A DNA stretch of 64,000 nt from a virus (Duplodnaviria > Heunggongvirae > Uroviricota > Caudoviricetes): IMG/VR virus record IMGVR_UViG_3300037510_000569, positions 62,732-126,731 of that record. One strand, written 5' to 3'. Below the pieces are notes generated by a model. That model was not told the DNA's origin, did no database searches, and saw only the letters and a program-made list of their open reading frames with translations. The position numbers were made by a program, and so were the translations under genes. This document shows, in pieces, positions 53,101 to 62,263 of the stretch. Numbering within the stretch: the stretch's first letter is position 1; each line of letters begins with the position of its first letter.

Positions 53101-54404
53101 GCGAGCTGATCGTCAACAAGCACACCGAGCGCGACGCGAACGCGCTGCTCGGCATGTTCGGCACCTCGCTCGGGCGGATGGTCGGCAAGGAGGGCCGCCC
53201 GCACTCCGAACTGATCGCACACGCGCGCGGTGGCCGGGCCGGAGGCGGCCTGGAAAGCGTAGGCCAGTACGCCTCGGGGATGGGGCTCTCGGTCAGCGGT
53301 GGGCCTGGCTTCGGCGGCGTACCCTCCAGCGGTCACGTCGGCGGCTCCCTGCACTACTCGGGCCTCGCCTACGACGTTTCGGGTGCGCCGGCCCTGATGA
53401 TGAAGTTCCGCCGTGCAGCAGAGGCGCGTTACCTGGGCCACGGCCTCAACGAGCTCTTCTACGACCCCTACTCCTACTACATCGACGAGGGCCAGAAGGT
53501 CCCCGGCTCGATCGGCGGCCACTCCGACCACGTCCACATCGGCTTCTTCCCAGGCGGACCCAGCGGCGCCTCGGCGGTCCGGGGGCTGATGGGAGGCATG
53601 GGTGCTTTCAAAGCGCTCAAAGCGCCGCGGGCGAAAACCGGCGGCGTGCCGGGTGCGATGGCTCAGGCGGGGATGAACGCGATGACCAAGGCGATGAACG
53701 CGAAACTGCGCAAACGAGCCGGGGTCTCCGCGCAGGGCGTGCCAATGCTCGGCGGCGGCAACCTGCGCCGCTACAACCACATCTTCCCCTCCGGTGTGCA
53801 ACTGAGCCCGAAGGTGGTCGAAATGATCGCCGCTTCCGCCGGGCTGCCCCCGGTTCTCTTCCAGCAGCTCGCACACGGCGAGTCCAACTACGAACCGGGC
53901 GTCGTCGGCACAGACCCCGGCGGCACCCACGGCTACGGCCTCTGGCAGATCACCACTGGCGTCGGCAACGACGCGATGATCAACAAGCTCGGCGGGCCTC
54001 GAGCGATGCTCAACCCGCTGATCAACGCGCGCGCGGCGAAAATGATCTACGACAGCGCGGGGGTGGGTGCCTGGTACGGGACCAAGTTCGTCACCGGACA
54101 CTCCCGCGGCGGCCGCGTCCCCGGCTTCGCCGGATGGTTCGGCCAGGGCGGCTCGGTCGAAGCCCACGGCCCGACCCTCCTCGGCATCGGCGATGGTGGC
54201 TCAGAGATCGCCACCGTGCGCCCGAAGGGACGCGGGCGAGCAGGCGGTGGCGGCGGCATCCGCATCGGCTCGCTGAAGATCGAGAACCACCGACCGGGCG
54301 ACATCCGAAAACAGCTCGAGCGCGAGGTCAACGAAGCGTTCAACCGGCTCGCCGACGAGCTCGACATGGCACCCGACACCGACGATGAGGAGGTGCTGGC
54401 CTGA
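50160..54404 (+). CDS. tape measure protein (1414 aa) with embedded M15-like peptidase and lytic-transglycosylase (SLT) motifs
   Basis: Length, position, TM/coiled-coil segments; SLHYSGLAYDVS..HSDHVHI (HxxGxAxD..HxH) and ESNYEPG..GYGLWQI (SLT-like). Confidence 0.8.
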   Translation: MAATVEGLFKIIDGASGPMKRMERQAKQTDKAIDKLGDRLDRVGSDKQLKQMDQVDRQIRSIDRDSRTFAGGSGGGGRLRSTLQGAGDDSDRLSTKLARVGISLASIGKIFQALKLPLIVAGVVALVQGVSALAGGLVALLPQLTDVAGVAAALPASLAGIGIAAISVKLALGGMGAALKGTKGAMAQLTPQAREFVRTLKELKPIGRSLRNSAQAGLLPGLTEALTQLKGGVPMAQRLLKRGGATVGGIADRAATAFTQPGFMRDLEGIGNQGLTVVNRLGSAFINVAEAIRHVAVVARPFTDWLTKTILGWTQMWEVSARAGRQTGEMSRFFDRTRASLETFGSILSNLWGTFRGIGKAARPLGEDLWESADKATDRWDRFANSLAGQNQLREYFDGLKDNLHAIFDFTGELSKAFLRLGTSSGFTSTADALTKAIQPLEHLFQMIGEKFGPRFAVTLEQLIRLFDNLGGTSSSLATLIDMLNLLLEGINALLEKIPGLSNLLAGVLSVAAISSLASRLRVLAGSWGLVAKGAADAAVAQRAAATSGAVAGAAGATGGFLPMIFGRGRGGVGRGGVAKPAGMLSAADMEAMGLGAAAGGGLARGAGGMLARGAGSLARFLGPVALLFGGVSALTGPGGLSAAPQRFASGATFGMIPEPLSTDQQQSKGGTMAGELSRNVFRNVKGKGLAGLKFARGYLGIGTGDPRELLEAGNTGTSILGGDTFNQKLSDSGIEAARAAFKKAIKQINMEIASRSADAGVKSIEDFSKAWAIRAKAQSARQAADALLQPLLKRIGPVLGKQGSTELANASLRWYATAAKHNPKLRGLYDELADGIERRFRRMGENIEVVNGRIYTGSSKEWKAIADGMSSQAERAKQEVSSAFTALQRQAVGSLIAMGYDRQQATNIVKGLEHGGAAGRVAEANAETGPVLNGQLPFTPPGQQAKMGHHGGHRARGGRVPGFGNQDRYALGGGHVGAAGELIVNKHTERDANALLGMFGTSLGRMVGKEGRPHSELIAHARGGRAGGGLESVGQYASGMGLSVSGGPGFGGVPSSGHVGGSLHYSGLAYDVSGAPALMMKFRRAAEARYLGHGLNELFYDPYSYYIDEGQKVPGSIGGHSDHVHIGFFPGGPSGASAVRGLMGGMGAFKALKAPRAKTGGVPGAMAQAGMNAMTKAMNAKLRKRAGVSAQGVPMLGGGNLRRYNHIFPSGVQLSPKVVEMIAASAGLPPVLFQQLAHGESNYEPGVVGTDPGGTHGYGLWQITTGVGNDAMINKLGGPRAMLNPLINARAAKMIYDSAGVGAWYGTKFVTGHSRGGRVPGFAGWFGQGGSVEAHGPTLLGIGDGGSEIATVRPKGRGRAGGGGGIRIGSLKIENHRPGDIRKQLEREVNEAFNRLADELDMAPDTDDEEVLA

Positions 54405-55282
54405 TGGCGAAAATCGGCGTCGACCCCGCGCGCGTTGTCTCCCGACCTGACGATGACCGCGGCGGCAGCGGGCACGACTCCCAGGACGGGCGCTGGCACG
54501 AGGAGGGCCTGCGCGTCAGCCTCAGCCGCTTCAACGCCACCAAGAAGGGCGTGTTGGAGGACGACCTCGACTTCCAGGTGCCGCCGCTCGAAGAGTTCTC
54601 CTGGACCCAGGCTGCATCCCACCAGGACTTCGACACGCTCTCCCGCGGCCAGTTCAGCCGCCGCGGCGCGCGATCGCTGCTGACCTTCGAACTGCGGACG
54701 ATGGTGCTCGACTACCAGCCCCACTGGGTCGCCTGGCGCCGCGCGCGCCCCAACCAGCCGCACCCCCAGCGCGTCGCCCAGCTGCTCAAACACCTGGTTC
54801 AGCTGGGGACGCCGATCATGTTCCACGCTCGCAGCGCCTATTGGGAAGGTCCCGACCTGCGCCTGCCTGTGACGCTCCGCTCGGTCACGGTCGCAGAGCG
54901 CGCCGGCGAGATCGAGACGCGCTACTTCGACATGTCCTTCGTGGAGTGGCGCGAGCAGGAGCTGGACCGCAAGGACAAGGGCAAAAAGCGCGATCGCCAC
55001 GCCCTGCCGACGACCGTGGAAATCCAGGCCTCCGGTGTGGTCGTGGAAGCGGACGGCGGCAAGATCGGCTCGCGCACCGATGCGGCGACCCTCCAGGACC
55101 TCGCCCAGCACTTCTACGGCGACCCGACCTACTGGCGCCCGATCGTGCGCGAGAACGGCATCGAAGGCTTCGCGCCGAGCCGCCCGCTGAACGAGTTGAA
55201 GAAGAACGGCAAGACGATCCGCAAGCTGCGCATCCCCGATCTCGCCGACCCGAAGACCGGCGGCCTGGAATCGCCTGTATGA
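54404..55282 (+). CDS. tail protein with C-terminal LysM-like motif
   Basis: ATG overlaps the upstream stop by 1 nt (TGATG); TLQDLAQHFYGDPTYWRPIVRENGI. Confidence 0.5.
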   Translation: MAKIGVDPARVVSRPDDDRGGSGHDSQDGRWHEEGLRVSLSRFNATKKGVLEDDLDFQVPPLEEFSWTQAASHQDFDTLSRGQFSRRGARSLLTFELRTMVLDYQPHWVAWRRARPNQPHPQRVAQLLKHLVQLGTPIMFHARSAYWEGPDLRLPVTLRSVTVAERAGEIETRYFDMSFVEWREQELDRKDKGKKRDRHALPTTVEIQASGVVVEADGGKIGSRTDAATLQDLAQHFYGDPTYWRPIVRENGIEGFAPSRPLNELKKNGKTIRKLRIPDLADPKTGGLESPV

Positions 55283-56601
55283 GCGCCCGCGCCAACAACG
55301 GCAAGCAGGGTCGAGGCCGCAACAAGCGCGACCACCTCCCCAACTACTGGCAGCGCCCGGCCGCCGACCTCAGCTTCGGTGAGGAGAACTTCCGCGTCAC
55401 GGCTTTCCGCCCGGAGCGAAAGAGCGCTGACGAGCGAGTCGTCTCGCTGGACGCCTATGTCACCGGGCTCTCATGGGAAGACACCGGGCCGATTCTCACC
55501 GGCTCGATGGTCCTCCAGAAGGGTCGCGGTAAACGCCCCCTGGCGATCAATGAGGGGCACCGCATCCGCCTCGAGGTTGCCCCTGAGCTCGGGGGCCGAT
55601 ACCAGGTGGTCTGGGAGATGCGTATCACCGACTCGGGGATCACCGCCTCCTCTGGGACACACGAATACCAGCTCGCCGACGAGCTCGCCTGGCTGCAGAA
55701 ATCGCGCGATGACTGGCAGTTCCGCAAATCGAAGAACAAGAAGGGCGACAAGAAGACCAAGCGGCCAAACGGCTGGTTGGCCCATCAGATCGCCGCCGAG
55801 GTCTGTCGCCGCTACGGAGTGAAAGTAGGGAAGCTCGCCAAGGGGACGAAACGGATCAACAACCTGACCGAGCACAACGCCTCGCCGCTGGACATCATCC
55901 TAAAGGCCTACAAGCTTGAGCGTCAGCACTCTGGCCGCCGCTTCGTCGTCAGGATGACCGCAGGCAAGCTCGAGGTCGTCGCACTGCGACGTTCCAAGAG
56001 CCTCCTGCTGCTCGGTGAGACGCTGATCGAGGCGAGTATCCAGCGCTCCCTGCGCAAGGCTTTCGCCACTGCTGCACATGTGCGTGCGACGGTCAAGGAC
56101 GGCAAAAAACAGAAGCACAAAAAGCTCGAGGTCGATGTCGTCGCCGACCGCGCCTCCAAGCGCTACGGCTACATCCACAAGACGATCCGGCTTGACGACC
56201 CCGTCCATTCCAAGGCCGAGGCGCGCAAACTCGCCAAGCGCGAACTGGCGAAAACCATGAGGCCAAACCGCGAAGTGACGATCGAACACTCCGGCATCGC
56301 CACCTTGCGCCGCGGTGACGCTGTGAAGCTCCGACTGCCCGAACTGGGAGTCGTGGAAATCGTCTACGTCAAGTCCGTATCTCATAGCGTCAGCGCCGGC
56401 TCGTACAACATGAGCGTGACCTGTCGCTTCTCGGACCCCTACATCGACAAAAAGGGGAAAGAAATCCGCAAGAAGCGCTGCGAGGCGGCGCGCAAAAGCG
56501 ATCGTCGCCAGCCGGACTTCTGCAGTGGGAATGAGGAAAGGCCTCAGCCCCACCGCGCGCAGAGTCGATCCGATCAAGCCCGCGCGGGGAGTGGTCGTTA
56601 A
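55279..56601 (+). CDS. putative baseplate hub / late-control-D-like tail protein
   Basis: ATGA overlap start inside ORF 54841..56601; 440 aa; position after the tape measure. Confidence 0.4.
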   Translation: MSARANNGKQGRGRNKRDHLPNYWQRPAADLSFGEENFRVTAFRPERKSADERVVSLDAYVTGLSWEDTGPILTGSMVLQKGRGKRPLAINEGHRIRLEVAPELGGRYQVVWEMRITDSGITASSGTHEYQLADELAWLQKSRDDWQFRKSKNKKGDKKTKRPNGWLAHQIAAEVCRRYGVKVGKLAKGTKRINNLTEHNASPLDIILKAYKLERQHSGRRFVVRMTAGKLEVVALRRSKSLLLLGETLIEASIQRSLRKAFATAAHVRATVKDGKKQKHKKLEVDVVADRASKRYGYIHKTIRLDDPVHSKAEARKLAKRELAKTMRPNREVTIEHSGIATLRRGDAVKLRLPELGVVEIVYVKSVSHSVSAGSYNMSVTCRFSDPYIDKKGKEIRKKRCEAARKSDRRQPDFCSGNEERPQPHRAQSRSDQARAGSGR

Positions 56602-57659
56602 TGCCGGTAATCGGTTTCCGCCGCCACGCAACGCCGGGTACGCCGAAATCTCTGGCTGCCAACACCAAGTACCTGACGCGGGTAAACGTGCCCTACGAGG
56701 TTCGTGTCCCGAAGCTCACCGCTCAGCTTGACGGGCTCGCCGGCGGCAGCGAAACGCAGCCCCTGCGTGCGGTGATCTACCGGGTCTCGAACGGCTTCCG
56801 AATCGCAGAAGGAGATGAGGTAAAAGTCACACCGGGCACAGATGCGGCCTGGGTCGACCTCACTTTCCCCGACGCGGGCGGCGTTGTTCTCTCCGCCGGG
56901 GAATACGACATCGGCATTATCGCGGGCAGCCCGTCGACAGCGCGACTGGCGACGATCGAAAGCGTCGGCTCGCGCTTCTTTGGCGAAGACACCTACGGCC
57001 AGGTAATCACTACGACGACTGAAGACATAACTCTGCCGGTCACGTCGATCAAAGTCGTCTCGACGACCGGCTTCGATGGCATCGGTCTCCTTGACATTCT
57101 CGGTCAGAAGGTTCTCTACACGAGCAAAGAGGCGGCCAAATTCAAAAGCACGAGCGGTGGCTCAGGGGTGGTTCCGGCTGAAACCCAGGTGATCCAGGAA
57201 GGCCCTGGAGCACTGCGCGGACAGCCCAAAGCGCTCACCGCCGAAGCAGGGGAGTTCCAGGTCTTCGCCACCTACTTTCTCGAGTCGAAGGTGCCCGAAG
57301 TTGACGATGCACATATCGCCCGCTACCCGTTCTCCTACGCCCAATCGATTCTTGGCGCCGAACCGCCATTGGCGGGCACCTCGCGCCTGGCCGCTTGCAC
57401 ATGGCATGGCACGCTCGTACATCCTGACCGTGGCAGCTTCGCCCTAGTCCGACGCGATAGCGAGTTCTCGAATCTCGTCGGCGAGCGGATTCGGATTACT
57501 ACCTTCGCCGGGCGCGAAGTATTTGCCTATGTAATCGCAGAAGCCGACCTTGAGGACGACATCAGCCTGACTCGGCGGGTCTTTATGAAGCTTGCGCCGC
57601 TCGCCACTGATCAGCTCAGCGTGCGAGCTGAGGTCCTCGCGACGAAAGGTGAACCGTGA
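56601..57659 (+). CDS. hypothetical baseplate/tail protein
   Basis: ATG overlaps the upstream stop (TAATG); 352 aa. Confidence 0.45.
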   Translation: MPVIGFRRHATPGTPKSLAANTKYLTRVNVPYEVRVPKLTAQLDGLAGGSETQPLRAVIYRVSNGFRIAEGDEVKVTPGTDAAWVDLTFPDAGGVVLSAGEYDIGIIAGSPSTARLATIESVGSRFFGEDTYGQVITTTTEDITLPVTSIKVVSTTGFDGIGLLDILGQKVLYTSKEAAKFKSTSGGSGVVPAETQVIQEGPGALRGQPKALTAEAGEFQVFATYFLESKVPEVDDAHIARYPFSYAQSILGAEPPLAGTSRLAACTWHGTLVHPDRGSFALVRRDSEFSNLVGERIRITTFAGREVFAYVIAEADLEDDISLTRRVFMKLAPLATDQLSVRAEVLATKGEP

Positions 57660-58066
57660 GCGGGCTGAAATCAGCAGCGCAAGCGATCCGCCGAACCTCC
57701 CACGATGTTGCCAATCGCAAGCAGCGGACGATGGTCGCCGTCGTGCGCCAAGTCGCTCCGCTGCGAGTCGAGCTAACCGAATCGCGCATCTTCCTCGATG
57801 AGGACGATCTCAGCCTCGGCCAATGGGTGAGGCGATACGAGAAGGACAAAGGGCTAAAAGTCGGCGACTCTCTGGTGGTTACGCCCCTGCACTCCGGTGA
57901 CTGGGTGGCCTCGGAGGTGCTGAGCTCTCAGGAACCGCCGATCAACGTCGATGCAAACGACAAAAAGCCGAAAATCACCGGCTCCCGCGACAGCAACGCA
58001 GCGCTAAAAGACCTGCTGAAAGCCCTGAATGACCTGGGCATCGTCAAAGACGAAACCACCGCATGA
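57656..58066 (+). CDS. hypothetical baseplate protein
   Basis: GTGA overlap; 136 aa. Confidence 0.4.
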   Translation: MSGLKSAAQAIRRTSHDVANRKQRTMVAVVRQVAPLRVELTESRIFLDEDDLSLGQWVRRYEKDKGLKVGDSLVVTPLHSGDWVASEVLSSQEPPINVDANDKKPKITGSRDSNAALKDLLKALNDLGIVKDETTA

Positions 58067-58115
58067 AAGTCAATCAAAGGCAAACGCAGCAAGGGGACCT
58101 AGACTGGAGCGCAGC
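58065..58115 (+). promoter_or_regulatory. conserved structural-operon motif, copy 3 (variant)
   Basis: gaaagtcaatcaaaggcaaacgcagcaaggggacc...gcgcagcag before the ATG at 58118. Confidence 0.4.
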
Positions 58116-58117
58116 AG

Positions 58118-58660
58118 ATGCCTGATGAGTTCGAACAGCTTGAGCAGGAACAGATCGTCCCCGAGCTCTTCGAGGAGCCCGAGCTCCCCGATGAGGCTGG
58201 AGACGCTTTCGCGCGCGCCGAAGAAGGGGTCGAATCCGATGATCTCGTGGTCAGCGTCGAGCCGCCTCCGGCGCCGCTAGGCCGTTCCTGGGCTTTCGAC
58301 TTCTCAGCCAAGCGCTTCGTCATGGCCGGGCACGCCCCGGTCGAGACCCGCCGCGAGCAGACGCTGCTCTACTGGATTCAGAAGTGCCTGCTCACCCCGC
58401 AGGGCGGCTCGCCGATCGAGCCCGCCGACTACGGCTTCGACTCCCCGACCAACATCTTCGGCGACCAGTTCGACTCCTCGGACATCGGCACCTTTGAGGA
58501 CCGCGTGCGCGAAGCGCTGCTCTTCCACCCCTCGATCACCGGCATCGAGAACTTCCGCCTCGAACCGGACGCCGACGACGAAGAGGCAGCCCAGGTCTTC
58601 TTCGAAGCGGTCCTCGACGACGACACGAGGCTCGATGTCGCAGCGGGGGTGACGCCCTAG
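58118..58660 (+). CDS. baseplate wedge protein (gp25 / GPW-like) with acidic N-terminal extension
   Basis: LLTPQGGSPIEPADYGFDS core motif typical of the gp25-like family. Confidence 0.5.
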   Translation: MPDEFEQLEQEQIVPELFEEPELPDEAGDAFARAEEGVESDDLVVSVEPPPAPLGRSWAFDFSAKRFVMAGHAPVETRREQTLLYWIQKCLLTPQGGSPIEPADYGFDSPTNIFGDQFDSSDIGTFEDRVREALLFHPSITGIENFRLEPDADDEEAAQVFFEAVLDDDTRLDVAAGVTP

Positions 58661-59818
58661 ATGCCCGACATCACTGATCGCATCCCGCTCACCAGCGTGA
58701 CCGTCGAGGAGGTCCGTGCTCGCGTCGATGCCGACGCCAACGCCGGTCTGGACCCAGACGACGACCGCTTCATCGACACCACCGAGGGGGGCTTCTACTG
58801 GGACCTCACCCAGCCGGCGATCCTCGAGATCGCGCGCCTGTGGGACTTCGCTGCGGCAGAGGTGCCGGCGGCTATCTACGTCGCCTCCAGCTGGGGCGAA
58901 AACCTCGACGACCACGGCGAGACGATCGACGTGCCCCGCAAGGACGAGAGCTTTGCGACCGGCCAGGTGACATTCCTCGGCGAAAACGGAACGATCATCG
59001 GCATCGGTACCCAGGTTGGGGTAGCGCAGACCGACCCAAACGAGGACCCGCCGAGCTATGTAACTACAGCAGCGGGAACGATAGAAGAAGGCAAAGTTCT
59101 GCTGGCCGTAAAAGCCGAGGAGGCGGGTGCGGCTAGCAACGTGAGCGCTGGCGCGGCCTCCTTCCTGCTCTCACCTCTCGAAGGAGTTTCGGAAGTCGCA
59201 AACGAAGAAGCAATCACCGGAGGGGCCGATGTGGAGACCGACGAGTCCTACCGAGCGCGCCTTCTCATCGAGCTTGGGGCCGCCCAGGGTGCCGGCAATG
59301 TCGCCGACTACAAACGCTGGGCGCTAGCCCACGAAGGTGTCGGCTTCGTCAAGGTTGTGCCGTTGTGGGAAGGTGCGGGCACAGTACTAGTCGTCATCAC
59401 CGACGACGAAAACAACCCTTCCTCCGCAACCGTTGTTGAAAGCTTGCAAAACGAACTTGACCCAGCGCCGGGCGAAGGCCAGGGCAAAGCGCCGGTTGGC
59501 GCGATCGTAACCGTATCTACGCCAAGCGCAACCAACGTCACCGTCCAAGCAAATGTAGATCTAGAACCCGGTTACACCCTAGATGGTTCTGGCGGCACGA
59601 TAGCTGTCCGTGAATCCCTGGAAACAGTGTTGGCGGAATATATAGATCGTCTCTCTCCAGGCGATGACGTTCTCCTGAACAAAACTGAGTCGCGCTTCTT
59701 CCTAATCGAGGGCGTCCACGATGTCAACGGAGTTGAACTCAATGGCCTTGCTGCGAATGTGTCGATCACTGACACACAAGTTGCTGCAATGGAAACGATC
59801 ACTCTGACGGAAATCTGA
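58661..59818 (+). CDS. baseplate J-like protein
   Basis: 385 aa; GGADVETDESYRARLL motif; follows the gp25-like gene as in P2/Mu baseplate operons. Confidence 0.65.
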   Translation: MPDITDRIPLTSVTVEEVRARVDADANAGLDPDDDRFIDTTEGGFYWDLTQPAILEIARLWDFAAAEVPAAIYVASSWGENLDDHGETIDVPRKDESFATGQVTFLGENGTIIGIGTQVGVAQTDPNEDPPSYVTTAAGTIEEGKVLLAVKAEEAGAASNVSAGAASFLLSPLEGVSEVANEEAITGGADVETDESYRARLLIELGAAQGAGNVADYKRWALAHEGVGFVKVVPLWEGAGTVLVVITDDENNPSSATVVESLQNELDPAPGEGQGKAPVGAIVTVSTPSATNVTVQANVDLEPGYTLDGSGGTIAVRESLETVLAEYIDRLSPGDDVLLNKTESRFFLIEGVHDVNGVELNGLAANVSITDTQVAAMETITLTEI

Positions 59819-59858
59819 TGGCTCATCAGCCGAGGAAAATTCGCAGCGATAGGAGAAC

Positions 59859-61643
59859 ATGATGCCCTTCACTCCCAAGGCTTGGAAAAACGACGAAGCA
59901 GGCCACACTAAGATCGACGCGGCTGCGCTCATTGATCTTGAGCAGCGCCTTGCTGGATACGTCGATGCCGCAGATTCATCCCTAGCCACAGCCGACGCGA
60001 CAGAGCAAGAACGCGCCGAATCCGCGGAGTCAACCAAGCAGCCCCTCGACCCAGACCTAACGGCGATATCTACGATCGAACCTAAAGACGGCGACATACT
60101 CATATGTTCGAGCGGAACTTGGGCGCCACTAGCGGTCGGTTCACCTGGTCAGCATCTAGTCGTGAGGTCCGACGGAACAGTGAGGTGGACGACGCCCGCC
60201 GCTATCTTGGCATCCGCCTGGGGGGTAAAAGCTGACGGAGTAACTAACGATTCAACGGCTCTACAGGAAGCGTTTAACGAAGGCGTCGCAAAAGGCTTGC
60301 CTGTTCGTCTACCTAGCGGCGAAATAATTACTAACAAAGAATTGACTTGGAAATCTAGTTATATCGCGATCGAAGGAGCAGGTTCTAAGAAAACCAAGAT
60401 AGTCACCGAAAAATCCACTTATCACGCGCTATCTGTTGGACCTGGCAATGAAGGGCAGGACAACAGGCTGGGCGGCTTCCTGCGCGACTTTACTATCGCT
60501 GGTGGTAATGCCGAACGGCTGAAAGCTGGAGTTGAACCTGTAACGGAAAAGTCTGCCCTCAAACTTAACGGTGCCCGGCTACTACAGGTCTCCGATATAG
60601 AGATCGAGGGCACGCACGATATTGGCGTTTCGCTAACCAATAACTGTTATGGATCGAGCTTTACAAATCTTCGTTGCGAACTTGATGCCTGCCGGGTTGG
60701 TGTCTACATGGCAAAAGGCAGCGAAAACGGTGAAGATATCGACTTCAACAACTGTTGGATCTCGGGCGAGGTTGCCGCACTACATATAACCAGCGGTAAA
60801 AACTACCGCGTGCGCGGCGGGCAGCTCACCGCATCTCGCCAAGCTGCAGCCGAAGAGGACTTGCGTGGTGTCGTTATCCTCGGCAAGGATTACCTGGGTG
60901 CAGCGGGCGCAGAAGACACCGAGATTACTCTCGAAACCAGCTTTGAGGGCTTCAAGCGTTGTTGGGCTATTCGTGCTTTCAAACTGGTGAAGATCACCGC
61001 GCACTCAACCTTCAACGCCAATGCCGCATCGGCTGCCATTGGCTTTTATAAAAACGCCGCGCACGGCGCCAGCTACGTCACCCTAGACGGATGTGGATTT
61101 GTTGGAACCTTCTCGAAGGCGTCTACCGAAATGGTAATTCGTGAAGGTTCGACCAGCGGCTCGACATGGCATGAGCGGGGAAGCTGGGGAAGCTACAAAG
61201 ACGGCACTGGCGAAACGAGTGCTCTCTTCAACAATATGGCTCGCCGAGCCGAAGTTTCCAGAGCACAGGGAACCCGTGATGGAAACATCTTTTACATGCA
61301 GGGAATGGAATTTAAGGTTACGGGTGGAATCCTTGAAGTCTCGGAACTGCATAAAGAAAGCTGGCGAGCGGTCACTGGACGGCTGGAAGAAATAGCGGCG
61401 TCGAACACCCTCGCACCAAAAGCTACTGCCACCCTAGTGAAGGTTAAAGAAAACACGGAAATTAAAAAAATAACTGCTACCTTTGCGTCTCATCGGATCG
61501 TCCTTCTCTTCTCCGGAACCCCGACCGTAAAAGATGGGGAAAACCTGAAACTAGCCGGCGACCTTGTTGCGACCGTAGATGACACACTAGAGTTGATATG
61601 CGATGGAACTAACTGGTATGAGATCTGCAGGTCGGTTAACTAG
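59859..61643 (+). CDS. tail spike / receptor-binding protein with pectate-lyase-like right-handed beta-helix domain
   Basis: WGVKADGVTNDSTALQEAF motif typical of beta-helix glycosidase/lyase N-termini; markedly lower GC (roughly 55%) than the flanking DNA. Confidence 0.6.
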   Translation: MMPFTPKAWKNDEAGHTKIDAAALIDLEQRLAGYVDAADSSLATADATEQERAESAESTKQPLDPDLTAISTIEPKDGDILICSSGTWAPLAVGSPGQHLVVRSDGTVRWTTPAAILASAWGVKADGVTNDSTALQEAFNEGVAKGLPVRLPSGEIITNKELTWKSSYIAIEGAGSKKTKIVTEKSTYHALSVGPGNEGQDNRLGGFLRDFTIAGGNAERLKAGVEPVTEKSALKLNGARLLQVSDIEIEGTHDIGVSLTNNCYGSSFTNLRCELDACRVGVYMAKGSENGEDIDFNNCWISGEVAALHITSGKNYRVRGGQLTASRQAAAEEDLRGVVILGKDYLGAAGAEDTEITLETSFEGFKRCWAIRAFKLVKITAHSTFNANAASAAIGFYKNAAHGASYVTLDGCGFVGTFSKASTEMVIREGSTSGSTWHERGSWGSYKDGTGETSALFNNMARRAEVSRAQGTRDGNIFYMQGMEFKVTGGILEVSELHKESWRAVTGRLEEIAASNTLAPKATATLVKVKENTEIKKITATFASHRIVLLFSGTPTVKDGENLKLAGDLVATVDDTLELICDGTNWYEICRSVN

Positions 61644-62255
61644 ATGAAAAAACCAGCGCTATACCCCTCGGCAGCGCTATACCCCTCGGCAGCGCTATAC
61701 CCCTCGAGCGGGCTAGCCGCTGGCGCGAGAGTACTATCGCTAGCGGGTAAGCGCCACATTGACTTGATGCCTCACTACTATGCTGAGGACCCTGCGGCGC
61801 AGGCTGTTGTAGACTCGCTCGCGCGCGAGCTAGAGCGCCTTGAGGACTTCCTTAATCTTGTTCGCAAACAGTGGTTCCCCCAGAACGCGGCCGATGATTA
61901 TGGACAGCTCGGACTGCGTGAGGCACAGCTAGGTATTCCGGTCGAACCGCTGGGTGTCAGCCTAGAACAGCGTCGAGCTATCGTCCATGCCTATGAACGT
62001 GCGAGGCTCTCGGGCTCGGGCGAAGACTGGATCGTCCTGCTCACTATCGCGCTTGGGGCGACTGTCTGGGAACACGAGGAGAACGACCCTGGCGACTACG
62101 ACCTGCGTATCACGATCCCCTACGCCGCTGAAAGCTATACGACCGCCCAGGTGGAGATTCTGGCCGATGTCGTAACCCCTGCCCATCTCAACATCGCCAT
62201 GCAGTTTGAACAGGGATTCGTAGTTGGCGTCTCCCGCATCGGCGATCTTATGTAG
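61644..62255 (+). CDS. putative tail fibre accessory protein (DUF2313 / YmfQ-like); contains an 18-nt x3 tandem repeat
   Basis: ATG immediately after the spike-gene stop; 61661..61714 repeats gcgctatacccctcggca three times, encoding ALYPSA x3. Confidence 0.45.
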   Translation: MKKPALYPSAALYPSAALYPSSGLAAGARVLSLAGKRHIDLMPHYYAEDPAAQAVVDSLARELERLEDFLNLVRKQWFPQNAADDYGQLGLREAQLGIPVEPLGVSLEQRRAIVHAYERARLSGSGEDWIVLLTIALGATVWEHEENDPGDYDLRITIPYAAESYTTAQVEILADVVTPAHLNIAMQFEQGFVVGVSRIGDLM

Positions 62256-62263
62256 GAGCGAGC

